Assembly (NCBI GenBank): GCA_051294375.1
Contig: CM119266.1
Coordinates: forward strand, 3,515,098 to 3,579,097
DNA: 64,000 nt
Direction of reading: 5' to 3'
Source of the DNA: Paraspadella gotoi
Taxonomy: Eukaryota; Animalia; Chaetognatha
Shown here one piece after another: positions 41,435 through 55,400 of the stretch. A program made the position numbers and the translations under genes. The notes below the pieces were generated by a model. That model was not told the DNA's origin and ran no database searches. It was given only the letters and a program-made list of their open reading frames with translations. The stretch's first letter is position 1, and each line of letters begins with the position of its first letter.

Positions 41435-43056
41435 TTTTTCTCTCTCTTTCAAAAAATCCTGAGATGTGTTTTCCTCTCAGAAGTAAACAACATCAAAACA
41501 GTAAACATCTGATAACACAACTAGAGAAAATGTCAACCATTCAGAAAAATGAACTACTCGCTTAAAAAATATAAACAGCAAAAAAAAAATAATAAAAAAA
41601 AATAAATGCGACCAAAAATATAAAACTTATCGATTTTCTCCTCAAGAAATGAACCAATAAAAATCAAATGAAAAGCAGATAAAAGCAAAAAAAAAGCATA
41701 TTGGGTCTCGTCGCAATAAAAGGTCAAGTGAAAACGAAATGGCATAATTGGACGATGCCTTACGGCGTCACAAGATTGCACATCGACGAAAAGGTGTGAC
41801 CATCAAATAAAAGGGCAACTTTGGGGTTTTCTCTTTAATTTTGTTAACTTCCTGATTCAATTTTACTTCTCTTAAAGACACCCTCCCATGCTTATTATTT
41901 TTTTTTTTAGCTCCAGTTTTAAAAATAGGGTTTTTGGGCATCAAGACTCAGTGGGAATCAGGGCATAAGGGCATCAGTGCCTCAAATAATATCACCAGCT
42001 TATCGTCTTTTCCGTGCGGCGCTCTCACACGATTCCTCAAATTCAATAAACCCGAATCTCATTGGACGATTTCTCACCCAATAAAAATCTCTAAAATAAA
42101 TTATTCCATCCGCCAGCGACGGCTCAAGCCTTTTTTAAATTAATTAAATTAATTAAATTAATTAAATAAATTAATCCATTCGCCAGCGACGATTCCAGCC
42201 ATTTTTAAATTTAATGTCGCAAGTCTTCAAACATTGACCTCTGACTCCATGCCACAGGTCAAATTGCTCCTTTTTTTCCTATCTATTCAATGTTTTCATG
42301 TCTCCTCGTTTCCCTGCCTTTCTGTCTCCCTGCTTCCCATGTCCTCAGGAACTCCGTCGCGGCTTAAGCCTCGATGTCAACTCTAAAGGTCACGTGATGA
42401 TCGCCGACGCGGAATCAAAGTTTCTTTATATTTTTAACGAGGAGGGAAAACTTATAAGCAGGTGAATAGGGGTGACATGGAAGGAAAGAAAGAAAGAAAG
42501 GGGGAAAGAAAGAAAGAAAGAAAGAAAGAGGTAAAACTTTTTAGCAGGTGAAGAGGGTAGAGTGGAAGGAAAGAAAGAAAGAAAGAGGGATAGAAAGAAA
42601 GAAAGAAAAGCAGTGAATTAACTCGAATCAACTTTTCCCTTTTCTTCAGATACGGGGGTCCCTCTCTTCCTCATTCCACATTCCGCTCCAACAATCCCTT
42701 CACTCAACCAACTCCGATCGCTCCTTCAGACCTCGCTCCCCTTAACACCCCCGTCGCTCCACCGTCCTTGTCGCTACCCCCGACCCTCGCATGGAATCAC
42801 AACTTTAATCCTCTCGGCTTCGTCCGCCAAATCTCGGGGCCAAAGACCGACAAACATCAAACTGTCGGCCACAGTCCTTTACCGACGAGAAAGTCTTTTG
42901 CTGTAAGCGGGCCGAGCGGTGACTGGCTGAGCCGACAACAATCTCGAGAGTCCATTGACTACAACCGATATCAAGGAATCGGGCAAAGCCCTCTCCCGTC
43001 TCAAGGACCCGGTCGTTGCAGTCGCTGTCAGAACCAGAGAGTCGGACAGAGCCCGG
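38714..43056 (+). CDS. NHL-repeat (six-bladed beta-propeller) protein, 5' part: exons 38714-39275, 39450-39553, 39684-39789, 39926-40019, 40684-40798, 41009-41106, 42349-42461, 42650-(broken at ~43056)
   Basis: Phase-compatible GT-AG exons; one 1-bp deletion is needed in 39684-39789. Motifs: FGSYGKNAGQFRYPR|NLVFSDEKLFVADVGNARVQVFTKEGQFLYQ|F (blade 1); TDLAVRRDGSVVLL...KKVQTFTRNGNLKSSF (blade 2); LSLDVNSKGHVMIADAESKFLYIFNEEGKLISR|YG (blade 3). The N-terminus is Thr/Ala/Lys-rich. A possible further upstream exon lies at 38461-38595. Confidence 0.85.
40160..40590. repeat. Intronic 30-31-bp minisatellite (TTTCTTTCCACTTATCTTTCAACATTTTTTC)n, ~14 copies
   Basis: Tandem copies in the NHL-gene intron; source of the spurious Phe-rich 363-aa ORF. 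Confidence 0.9.
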
Positions 43057-44589
43057 TCACACGATTCTTTTTAACTTCTCATCGATTCTTTAACTTGCAT
43101 CATTTTTAAACTATATATGTGTAATTTTTTTTAAATAGTAGGGTATAAGTTAAAAGCGAAATTGAAGCAACGTTTAGACAAGGGATAAGTATAGTTAATT
43201 CGTTTGTATATCGACTCACTAGATAATGATTGTAGTTAAAATTGTGATAAAATAATTTGAATAATTAAAATACCTATGAAAAATATGATTCACTTGAGTT
43301 GATTTGATTCAAATTGATCATATTTAAGTTGAGATATATTTAAGTAATGATTTATAAGTGACTAATTAATGTAGTATAGCTTAGAAAATTGTGATAAATT
43401 GTTTGGAGTGACTAAATAAATTTTGATAGACTCAGAAATTTTTGCTTATTAATTTTGTAATAATTAAATATAGAATTTGCGTGAAATTAGATTGGAAATG
43501 GGAGACGAGCGAAAGTGACCAGAAAAGCAAGCGTAGACAGGAGAAGCACCAGGAAACTAATTATTATTATGGTTCAATGTGTAATCTTTTGTAATTTTGG
43601 TCAGAGAAGAAATAAGAATAATGATTGGCTGTGAAAATAATTTTTACAAAGAATTGACCTTTCTATATACTGCAACTATCGTTGAAACTTAGTTTGGTTT
43701 TTATGAATTGACGTTATCATTTAATACTAGAATATGCTTACATTAGTGGGCTGCTCGTTAGTTTCTACAGAAAAAAAATCTCTGAATTATTGAAAGTGAA
43801 TAAGTAATTTTTAGATCTCTTAAACAAAAAAATATCTAGTATGTTATACTTGGAAACAATCAAATTGTTTTTATTTTTTTTTTAATAATACTCCATAAAA
43901 ATTTAATTCTCCTTTTCTTTTTATTATTAGATTTAATGGTAAACTTTCACGTAACATATAGAAAACAATAATTGTTATAATACGGTCGACAAAAAGTGTT
44001 CAAATTTTTATATCTAAATAATTGTTTTAACTGAGGGAAATGATCTACTTTCTTGACAAAAATTCTAGTTAATACGAAAGGAAAAACAGACTTTATAATA
44101 TCACCTATAATTTTAGAAAAACCAAATCTGTTAGTATAAAGATTCACTTAACGATTTACTATTGGTAATCAACGTTTTGATGATTTTCTTTCGTACTTCC
44201 GTGAGTTAGTAGATGGAATGTGAAGATAATTTTAAATTGATTTATTATTAACTTTGGAATTATGCCTAAGGATGAAAAAAAAATGTATGGTACGAAAAAA
44301 AATAGAAAAATAAAAGACCAAAATTCATGGGTTAAAGTACATCGCCTGATAAAAGTTACGATGAAACACGAAATAAAGCGTATAAATTCATAATGCGAGA
44401 AGAACTGCACAGGATAACTATGATTAAGAAATGATTTTGTCCAAAGACCTAAGGCCTGAGTGGCGGGAATATGAAAGAAGAAATGCTCTTGGACAAATGA
44501 AGAATGATGACAAGTATCTATGTTATATATACAAGGAATATCAGTAATAACAAACACCTATTATGCTGCTTTCACTTGACAGAGTGCAA

Positions 44590-47500
44590 AAAATGTAAAG
44601 GAGGCAGCAGCCTCGAATTCGTAAAGAAAAGATTTAAACATAAAAATTTTTTTAACAGCATTTATTTTTTTTAACAATTCTTTTTTTATTATTATGTTAA
44701 TACAGGATAAAAAATAATATAATCGCAAAAGTAAATAATAACAAATTTTCTGGATTGAGTCGGCAATTGAAAAGAAAACAGAACTTTTTAATATCCTTTT
44801 TTAATAAAAAACTCTTTCTTGTCCTTGTGATCTTTCTTTTCGTATTTTGTATGAATTTAATTAATTATTTTTTAAATACCCATCCGGGCGTCGCTCCTTC
44901 GTACTAACCAGACGATTTTATAAAACGATAGTTTTGTCATAAAAACGGCAGAGGTCATAAAAAATAAAAGTTAGCTTCAAGTAAAATTATTACTCTTGGC
45001 CTGATTAATTTGATCATTCTCGAATGATGAACAATCAATTAAATTCCTCTTTTCACTTTTAATTAGATAAACAGTTCAATTTCTATTAATTAAAGACAAC
45101 AATTCAAGCTTATTTCAATCAATCAATCAATCAATCATGCAATCAATGCAATCACAATTCATCAATCAATCAATTCAATCAATTAAAAAATATAATATCT
45201 GTAAGCTTGACGCAGTGTTTTCCCATTCGCGTCGATCAACTATATTCAGATATCCTAAAAAATAGTATTTATAGTTTCTTAATATTGTATTAAGAAGGTT
45301 TCTTTGTTGACCTTTCGAGTTTTCAAATGTTTTTTGGTTTTTTTCTTCTCGGTTCAAAATCTTTGCTCTCCTCTCATCTCGTCGATCTCTCTCTCTCTCC
45401 CGGCTCCTCTCTTCCTCCTCTGCTCTCTCTCTCCTCTCTCTCAGCGTCACGAATATCTCTTTGTTGTTCTTCCACTCGAAGTCCTCTCACACGTCGTCCG
45501 GAGAAGATGCAATGCCGCAGGACGGACTTTTTCCCCAACGTTGTCTTCCACCTCTTTCCTCCTCCTCCTGGCTCTTATCATACCTCCCCTCGCTCCCTGC
45601 CACGACGTGATTTAACCCCCCACAAATTCTCCTTCGCGTCAAAAACTTGAAATTCGATTTTAAATTATTCGGAATCAGAAACGAAATTCGTATCCGAAAG
45701 GATCGAGGGCGAGACCGCCTTAGAGGGGAAGAGACAAGCAGTGGGGAAGCAACAGGGGGCGGAAAGTCAAGCAGTGGGGGAAGCAAGAGCAGTGAGGATA
45801 AATGATAGAAGCCACAAATGGAATCGTTAAGCATTGCTATCATTATAAATATTATAATCATCATCATCATCATCGTCACATACACATTATCACCAGCACC
45901 ACACCATCTTTCCTTTCACGCCAAATTCCTTTTTTTTAAAAAACTTACCTTCCGCCTCATAACTTCTTCCCTTCTCGCTCAGTTCTTCCTATCTTTGAGC
46001 CTCCCTCTCATTCCTTCCCTATCCTCCTCTTCTCTTTAGTTATCGGCCTGCTATCATTTCCTTCCCTTCTCTCCTCCTCTTCCTCCCTCTCATTTCCTTC
46101 CCTTCTGCTCTTTCTCTTCCTCCTCCTCATTTTCCTTTGCCCTTCTTCTCTTCCTGCTTCCTCCTCACTCATTGTATCCTTCCCTCTCCTCTTCCTCTTC
46201 CTCCCTGACTCATTCCTTTCCCTTCATCCTCTTACCTCCTTACCTCCTCACCTCATTTCTTCCTCTCTCCTCTTCCTCTTTCCTCCTCATCATTTTCCTT
46301 CCCTTTCTCCTCTTCCTCTTCCTCCTCTCATTTCCTTCCCCTTCTCCCTCTTTCTTCCTCCTGCTCATTTCCTTCATTTCTCCTCTTTCTCTCCCTCCAT
46401 CCTCCATTTCCTTCTTCTCCCTCTTTGCCTCTTCCATAATCCTCTCATTTCCTTCCCTTCTCCGCACTTCCTCTTCCTTCCTCTCATTTCCTTCCCTCCG
46501 CTTCTCCACTTCCTCTTTCCCTCCTCGTCATTTCCTCCCTTCGTCCTCTTCCTCTTCCTCCCCGTCATTCCTTCAATTTCCTCCTCTTCCTCTTCCCCTC
46601 TCATTCCTCCTTCTCCTTCTTCTCTTGTTCCTCTTCCTCTCTCATTCTTTCCTCTCCTCTTCTCTTCCTCCTCCCTCATTCCTGTCCCTTCCCTCTTTTC
46701 CTTCTTCCTCTCTCCATTTTCCTTCATTTCCTTTCCTTTCTCCCTTCTTCCTTCCCTCTCATTTCCTGTATTTTCTCCCTCTTCCTCTCCTCCTGCTCAT
46801 TCCTTCCCTTCCTCTCTTCCTCTTTTCTTCTTCTCTCATCCTCCCCTTCCCATTCCTCTCTCTGCTTCCTCTCCCTGCCTCTCATTTCCTTCCCCTTCTC
46901 GCTCTTCTCTCCTCCTCTCCTATTTCCTCCCTCGTCATTTCCTTTCATTTCTCCTCTTTCCCCCTCCCTCTTCCTCTCCTCCTCGGTCCACTCAGTTGTC
47001 CTCCCTTTCTCCTCTTCCTCGTTCCCCTCGTCATTTCCTTCATTTTCTCGCTCTTCCCTCTTCCTCCTCTCATTTCTTCCCTTGCTCCTCTGTTCCGTCT
47101 TACCTCCTCTCATTTCCTTCCTTCTCCTCTTCCTCTTTCCTCCTTCATTTCTCCTTCTCCTCTCCTCTTCCTCCTCGTATTTCGCTTCATTTCTCCAATT
47201 CGTTAGAAATTCGAAAGGAATTTTTCGCGCGGGTCGACACGACGACGACGTCCGTCTGGACCGCGACGCGGACCGACTCCCGTCCCCGACGGATTGACAC
47301 GTAGGGACCGGATGAGGTGATTGACGAGGAGTTGAGGACGGATTGATGGACATGAAGAGAGATTGACGGACGGAATTGACTGACGATTGGACGGATGGAC
47401 TAGGTCCGAATTCAACGGACTGATGGATGATCGGCGATTGAGCCGACGTGATGAATGGATGGATGAAGTCCAGATGACCCAACGTGACTTGAAGACGGGA

Positions 47501-47955
47501 TTTCCAACAGAAATTGAACGACGTAATGAGCGACGATTGATGGACGCGACGGAGACGGATTGAGGAACGGACGGACAGACAGAATTGCTCGAAGGACTGA
47601 ATCACTGGATAGTAGGAGCTCACGTCTGGTGTCGACTTGTCTCTCAAGCACTCGTGACACGTCGAGTCCGAAACATGGCAAAAAGAAATTGGTCGGCATT
47701 CTGATTTTCGAGAAAGGGCATGCCTGCCCGACAAAACGAAAACTATTTGGGCTTTGTCCGACATTATGTTATTGAGGGCTTTTGAATGCGAACGAATCTT
47801 TTCTGGAGCCTTTTTGGCCGCGAACATATCGATAGTAATTAATTCTTTTCATTCATTCTCGGCCTGCCGCCATTTGACGAATAGTAATAATCTTTCCATC
47901 TTTTTGATTTTTTCTCGATGGCCCGGACTCGGCCCACGGATTCCGTCCTACAACC
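44590..47955 (-). repeat. Inverted, noisy copy of the NHL gene 3' half and downstream flank
   Basis: Reverse complement contains the NPSV region, the GA-rich 36-bp array (~45965-47195), the donor GAAG|GTAAG (~45949), and the GVALD and LIYVIDEG exons, with many indels. Confidence 0.85.
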
Positions 47956-48158
47956 NNNNNNNNNNNNNNNNNNNNNNNNNGGTGATGATGATGATGATTA
48001 TAATGATAGCAATGATTATAACAATGATTAACGATGTGGCTTTCTTTATCATTTATCCTCCTGCTTGCTTCCCCCCTGCTTGCTTCCCCCCTGCTTGCTT
48101 TCCCCCCTGCTTGCTTTCCCCACTGCTTGCTTCCCCACTGCTTGCTTTCCCCCCTCAG

Positions 48159-48378
48159 GCGTCGCCCTCGATTCCTTCGGACGAATTTTCGTTTCTGATT
48201 CGAAAATAAATCGAATTCAAGTTTTTGACGCCGAAGGAGAATTTGTGGGCGTGGCAGTGGAGGAGGAGGAGGAGGAGGAGGAGGAAGAGCGGGAGGAGGA
48301 GGAAGAGGAGGAGGACAACGTTGGGAAAAGTCGTCTCTGCGGATTGGCCATTTCTCCGGACGACGGTGAGAAAAACAA

Positions 48379-48429
<51 letters not shown>

Positions 48430-48580
48430 AAGATTTTGAACCGAAAAACAAAAAAACATTTGAAAACTGAAAGTCAACAAAGAAACCTTCTATAATACAA
48501 TATTAAGAAATAAATACTATTTTTAGGTCTGATATACGTGATCGACGAAGGAAAACACTGCGTCAAAGCGTACAGATATA
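48159..48580 (+). CDS. NHL-repeat protein, last two exons (48159-48365, 48527-~48580; cleanest copy)
   Basis: G|[33 protein letters not shown](E)n [18 protein letters not shown]|LIYVIDEGKHCVKAYRY. Blades 5-6; the ending resembles the TRIM2/TRIM3 C-terminus (HCFKxYRY). Confidence 0.9.
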
Positions 48581-49823
48581 NNNNNNNNNNNNNNNNNNNN
48601 NNNNNNNNNNNNNNNNNNNNNNNNNNNNNNNNNNNNNNNNNNNNNNNNNNNNNNNNNNNNNNNNNNNNNNNNNNNNNNNNNNNNNNNNNNNNNNNNNNNN
48701 NNNNTTGATTGATTGAATAGCTTGAAATTGTTGATTCATTAATTGAATAGATGAACTGTTTATCATTAATTAAAAGTGAAAAGAGAATTTAATTGACTTG
48801 TTTCATCATATCGAGAAGGTGATCAAATTTAATCAGGCAGTAATAATTTTACCTTGAGCTAACTTTTATTTTCAATGACCTCTGCCGTTTAATGACAAAA
48901 ATATCGTTAAAATCGTCTGGTAGTACGAAAGAAAATCATCAAGGACAAGAAAGAGATTTTTTANNNNNNNNNNNNNNNNNNNNNNNNNATGGTCAACATT
49001 CAGAAAAATGAAACTACTCGCTTAAAAAATATAAAACAGCAAAAAAAAATAATAAAAAAATTAAATGCGACCAAAAATATAAAACTTATCGATTTTCTCC
49101 TCAAAAATGAACAATAAAAATTCAAATGAAAAGCAGATAAAAGCAAAAAAAAAGCATATGGCGTCTCGTTCGCAATAAAGGTCAAGTGCAAAACGAAATG
49201 GGCATAATTGGCACGATTGCCTTTACGGCGTCACAAGATGCACATACGCACGAAAAGGTATTCGTGACCATCAAATAAAAGGGCAACTTTGGGTTTTCTC
49301 TTTTAATTTTGTTAACTTCCTGATTCAATTTTACTCTCTTAAAGACACCTCTCCCATGCTTATATTTTTTTTTTTTAGCTCCCAGTTTTTAAAAATAGGT
49401 TTTTGGGCATCAAGACTCAGTGGGAATCAGGCATAAGGGCATCAGTGCCTCCCAAATAAATATTCACCAGCTTATCGTCTTTTCGTGCGGCGCTCTCCAC
49501 ACGATTCCTCAAATCAATAAACCGAATCTCATTGGACGATTTCTCACCAATAAAAAATCCTCAAAATAAATTATTCATCCGCCAGCGACGGCTCAAGCCT
49601 TTTTTAAATTAATTAAATTAATTAAATTAATTTAATAAATTAATCCATTCGCCAGCGACGATTCCAGCCATTTTTAAATTAATGCGTCGCAAGTCTTCAA
49701 ACATTGACCTCTGACTCCATGCCACAGGTTCAAAAATTGCTCCTTTTTTTCCTATCTATTTCAATTGTTTTCATGTCTCCTCGTTTCCCTGCCTTTTGTC
49801 TTCCCTGCTTCCCATGTCCTCAG

Positions 49824-52340
49824 GAACTCCGTCGGCGGCTTAAGCCTCGATGTCAACTCTAAAGGTCACGTGAATGATCGCCGACGCGGAATCAAAGTTT
49901 CTTTTTATATTTTTAACGAGGAGGGGAAAACTTATAAGCAGTCGTGAAAGGGTGCATGGAAGGAAAGGAAAGAAGAAAGGCGGGGGAAAAGAAAGAAAGA
50001 AAGAAAGAAAGAGGTAAAACTTTTTAAGCAGGTGAAGATGGTAGAGTGCGAAGGAAAGAAAGAAAGAAAGAGGATAGAAATGAAAGAAAAGAAAAGCAGT
50101 GATATTAACATCGAATTCAACTTTTCCCTTTTCTTTCAGATACGGGGGTCCCTTCTTTCCTCATTCACATTCCGCTCCAACATCTTCACTCAACCAACTC
50201 GATCGCTCCTTCAGACCTCGCCCCTAACACCACCCGCGCTCCAACCAGGTCCTTTGTCGCTACACCACCCGACCCTCGCCAGGAAAACAACTTTAATCCC
50301 TCGGCTTCGTCCGCAATTCGGGCCAAAGACCGACAAACATACAACTGAGTCGCCACAAGTCCTGTTACCCGACGAGAAAGTTTGCTAGTAAGCGGAGCCG
50401 AGCGGTACTGGCTGGCCGACAACAATCTCAGAGTCCATCTAAACGATATCAAAGAATCGGGCTAAAGCCCTCTCCCGTCTCAAGGACCCGGTCGTTGCAG
50501 TCGCTGTCAGAACCAGAGAGTCGGATCAGATGCCGCCGGTACTTAGGACAGAGATCCGTCGGGCCGAGTCCGGTGGCCATCGTTAAATGGTGAGAGAATG
50601 ATGGAAAAGAAATTACAATCGAATGTTCGGGCAAAATCTCTCAAAAAGCCGGTCGGCAAAGCCCTACCTAACAATGTCGGACAAAGCCAAAATAGTTTCC
50701 TGTTTTGTCGGGCCAGCATACCCTCTCGAATCAGCCCCGACAATTTCTTTTTGCCATCCGGCTCGAGTCAACAGCCGCGAAGGACAAGTCGACAGGAGTT
50801 GAGCTCCTACTATCCAGTGATTCAGTCCTTCGGCAATTCTGTCTGTTCCGTCCAATTCCTCAATCCGTCTGTCAATCCGCTCATCAATCGTCGCGTTCAT
50901 TACGTCTTCAATCTGTCGGACAAATTCGCATGAACCCGTCAGTCCATTCTGCCCATCAATTTGTCCGTGAATCAGTCGGATCAATCCTTCAATCGAACCC
51001 GTCGGTCAAAATCCGTCCGTCAGTCCATGGACATTTTCGGCCCATCCATACTGTCCATCAAATCCGTCGGTCAATCTCAATCAGACCGTTGGTCATACCG
51101 CCCATCCATCCGTCCATATCCGTTCGTCAATACCGTCTCTTCAATCCTTCGGTTCAATCCGGCCATCCATCCGTCCATCAATCCGTCCGTCAATCCGTCG
51201 GCGGACGTACGGTCCGCAGTCGGTCCAGACGACGTCGTCGTCGTCGCTCGACGTCGGCGGAAAAATTCCTTCGAATTTCAACGAATTTGGAGAAATAAGG
51301 AAATGAAGAGAGGAAGAGAAGAGGAGAAGGGAAAAGGAAAATGAAGGAGGAAGAGGAAAAGAAGGAGAAGGAAAGGAAATGAGAGGAGGAAGAGGAAGAG
51401 GAGAAGGGAAGGAAATGAAAGAGGAGAGAAGGAGGAATGGAGAGAGGAAAGGAGAGGAAGAATAAGAGGGAGAGGAAAAAGGAGAAGGAAGGAATAAGGG
51501 GAGAGGGAAGGATAATGAGGAGGAAGAGGGAAGAGGAGAAGGGAAGGAAATGAAGGGATCGAGAAAGGAAAAGGAGAAAAAAGGAAAGAAGGAAGAGGAA
51601 GAGGAGAAGGGAAGGAAATTGGAGGAAGAGGGAGGGAGCGAAGAGAGGAGAGAGGAGAAGAAGGGAAGTTCATGAGGCCGGAAGGTAAGTTAAAAAAAGG
51701 AGGAATTTGGGTGAGAGGAAAGATGGTGATGATGAATGATGATGATAATGATGATGCAATGTTGATTATAAAATGAATCAATTAACCGAATGTGGCTTTC
51801 TTTATCATTTATCCCCTGCTTGCTTCCCCATCTGCTTCCCCCTTGTTCTTCTCCCCCTGCTTGCTTTCCCCAACTGCTTGCCTTCCTCGCTCCCCCAGGC
51901 GTCGCCCTCGATTCCTCGGACGAATTTTCGTTCTTCGATTCGAAAATAAAATCGAATTCAAGTTTTTTGACGCCGAAAGGAGAATTGGTGGGCGTTGGCA
52001 GTGGAGGAAGGAGGAGGAGGAGGAGAGGAAGAGCAGGAGGAGAGGAAGAGGATGAGGGACAAACGTTGGGAAAAGTACGTCCTGCGATTGGCCATTTCTC
52101 CGGACGACGGTGAGAAAAACAAAAGAGAGATAGTTGAGAGAGAGCAAGAGAGAGAGACGAGAGAGGGAGAGAGCAAGATTTTGAACCGAAAAACAAAAAA
52201 ACATTTGAAAAACTTGAAAGTCAACAAAGAAACCTTCTCCATAATACAATATTAAGAACAAAATAAATACTATTTTAGTCTGATATACGTCGATCGAACG
52301 AAAGGAAACCACTGGCGTCAAAAGCGTACAGATATAATGT
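49824..52340 (+). CDS. NHL-repeat gene 3' half, second forward copy (large exon 50140-51684, exon 51899-52109, last exon ~52279-52340), indel-noisy
   Basis: Duplicates 41535-43056 and continues through the NPSV repeats, the RGG array and GKFMRPE|GVALD. Confidence 0.75.
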
Positions 52341-52419
52341 TTTAATTGATTGATTGATTGATTGATTGATGAATAGCTGAAATGTTGATATCATTAATTG
52401 AATAGTATGAACTGTTTAT

Positions 52420-55400
52420 TAGATGTTACCCAAATTTTTAATTACACCAGATGAAGGGTCACGACTCTTTTATAGGGTTCTTTTTGTCTGTAAAGACATT
52501 GGGACTTGATAAACCTGAAAAAACTGACCGAAAGGAACTCTCCAGAGTTTCCAAGTGATCAGTACTTTTTGCGGTTTTTCGTTGATCGTAATTTATATGG
52601 AAATTATATTAAAGGATTTTTTTAATAATAATGATTTAATCAATACTTGATTTTGTTTTTAAAATATTTTGCTGGTATACTTTATATTTTTTATTTAAAA
52701 CTTTTTATTTTTAATAAATTTTATTAATAATATAATATTATATATATAAAAATATTAAAGATGATCATAGATTTTTGATAAATACTTACTAAAAGTTTAT
52801 TCCTAAATTTGTGAAGAAATAAAATATTAAAAAAATAATATTTTTTCTAGCAGTACTTACTAAAAATAAAACAAAATACCACAATATTACACTTTAAAAA
52901 TAAAAAAAAAATGCGTTTAAAATTGAGTAATAATCAAAATGTGTTTGGAAAAATGGCCCAATTTATTTAACTTTTGATGCCATGGTAAAATTGTTTTCTC
53001 CAAGAAATTGTAAACTTTTATTGTTTTTAATAACAGATTCAAATCAAAACCAGTATTTCAAATAAAAAAATTAAAGTAAAATTTTTGAATCTACTTTGGT
53101 TCTTGCCTTTTATTAGATTGCTAGATTGCATATATTATTGATTCAAGTAATGTTTTGCTGAATATGTATCAAACATAATAAACTAAGGGAAAATTTAAAT
53201 TTTAATTTAGTATGGCATTTAGTATAGATTTATAAAATTGGCCAAAATAAATAAGAAGTATTATGCTAAAAAAATTTATCCTGGAATAGTAGGCAAACAA
53301 AAACTTTTTTCCTTCTGTTAGGTATTTTGACTCTTTGGTGGAGAATTTAGTGATGACCCTGAATGAGAGTGATGTTGTTTGTAAGTAAGAAAGTAATTAG
53401 TTATATGGTAAAAGGGCTTGCCTGCATTGTCTGGCCTGATGCAATCATTTTTTATTTAATTGCAAGTTTAAACTAGTAAGTTTAAACTTTAATACCTATT
53501 AACTACAGTTCAAGGTTTATTATACTATAGTTTAAACAGAATGATTGATTAGTTCAAGAACAAATCAATCAAAAAACCTTCTTTCTTAAGTCAAACCACA
53601 AAAAAAGGGAAAAAATTGAGGAAAAAAAACTGTATGAACCTGTTTGATTGGAATCTAATATTAAAAAAAAAGTAATAATTATGAGTAATGAAAAAAAACT
53701 GGCAGGTTAGTCTTATGTCGTATTTTATGGAAGAATTTCCAATGTGACAATAGAAACATATGAAGCAAATTATGTACAATGAGCATTTAAATTTGTTGGT
53801 TCATTATTTATTAAAGTTGATACTAAAGAAACAAGTTTTATTCAGCATTAAACAACGATTTTATTAATAATAAAGGTTTCGGCTCTAGCTTTTATGAGTC
53901 TTTCTTTTAGCGTTTGACTCAACAGATTTCGGTTTCACAAAGATTTCCCTTTCCAACAAAGAATTGAAAGAAAAGATAAGTTGGTCAGGAAATGAGGAAT
54001 CGGTTGAGGTGAGAATAGGGAAGAAGAGAGAGTTGAATAAATTTGAAACTAGTTTAAAATAGAGATAGAGATAGAGAGAAAGTAGAGGGAAAATTATTAT
54101 ATTATAGCAATATACAACAAAGATAGAATTTTTAAATTATTAGCAAACTTAATTTTAAATAAAGAAAATATAATAATAAAGGTAAATAAGTTAGATTAAT
54201 GAGCATGTAAGTAAAAATGAAATAGAAAATAAGTGGTTAGAGGAAGGATAAGATAAGAGTAGGGGAAAATAAGGAAAGAACAGAGCCAAAATTGACCAAA
54301 TGTAGTGATTTTTCCCTCTCTTACATGTTTCAAATTTATTCAACTGCTCTCTCCTTCCCTATCCTCACCTTCTCTTCGTCTTCCCATTCTATTTTTCCTT
54401 TTTTTTCTTAAATTCTTTTGTGGAAACTTTTCTTTCTCTCTCTCTCTCTCTCTCACCAACTCAATGTTTGTGAAACCAAAAATCTGTTAGAGTCAAACCG
54501 CTGTGAAGACTCGGAAAAAGCAAGAGTTCAAAATATATCCGACGTTTATTGTTGATTAAAATTGTTATTGCTAATTAATCATGTTTTCCATAATTAAAAA
54601 TATAATGAAAAAAAAAGATGAAACACAACGTTTGACTATAATAACCTTGTATGCATTTAATAGTAAACCTCACCACTCTTAAAATATTGACTATTTTATA
54701 TTTTTATAGTTAAAAAAGATGAACAGTCATAGTTGATTAAATTTTATATAATCACCTGCCAGCACACCATACATTTTCATAATACATATTTATCCAACAT
54801 TTTCCATTTTAAAATTTATGTTAGCATAAAACGAGTTATGAACATTTAAAAATTTAAGTCAGATTAGACTGACAGGAACGACAAACCTACCCACCAACTT
54901 AGAAAATAATTGATTTGAAATGCTCCCCCAAGCACTCGCACCCAGCTAAAAATGTTACTGATAACTTTATCTTAATAACGTAAACATCTAATACTTTAAA
55001 ATAAATATTAATTCCATATTCTCCAAGCTTCCAATTTTTTTTTGGCAAAATAAGGATTTGACTTTACTTGGAAGCTTTGGAGAGTTCCTTTCCGATTCAA
55101 GTTTTTTAGGTTTAGACAGTTTAATGTCTTTTAAAGACCAAAAAGAACCTATTAAATGAGTCATGAAATTTTCATATTTAAGCCATAAAGAGCTTCAAAA
55201 ATTTCTAAAAAGTTATGAAGAAATAATTATAAAATTTTAATCATTTTTTTATTTTCTTTTAGTTTTTAAAGTTTAATATTGTGTATTTTGATTTTATTTT
55301 CAGAAGTACTGCTAAATATTATTTTTTAATAATTTATTCTTCACAAAATTTAGGAAATAACCTTTAGTAAGTTATTTTTATCAAAAAACTATTATCATTC

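Noticed and set aside
46172-47827. 344-aa and 367-aa ORFs as independent genes
   Set aside because: Antisense or frameshifted translations of the inverted noisy NHL exon copy.
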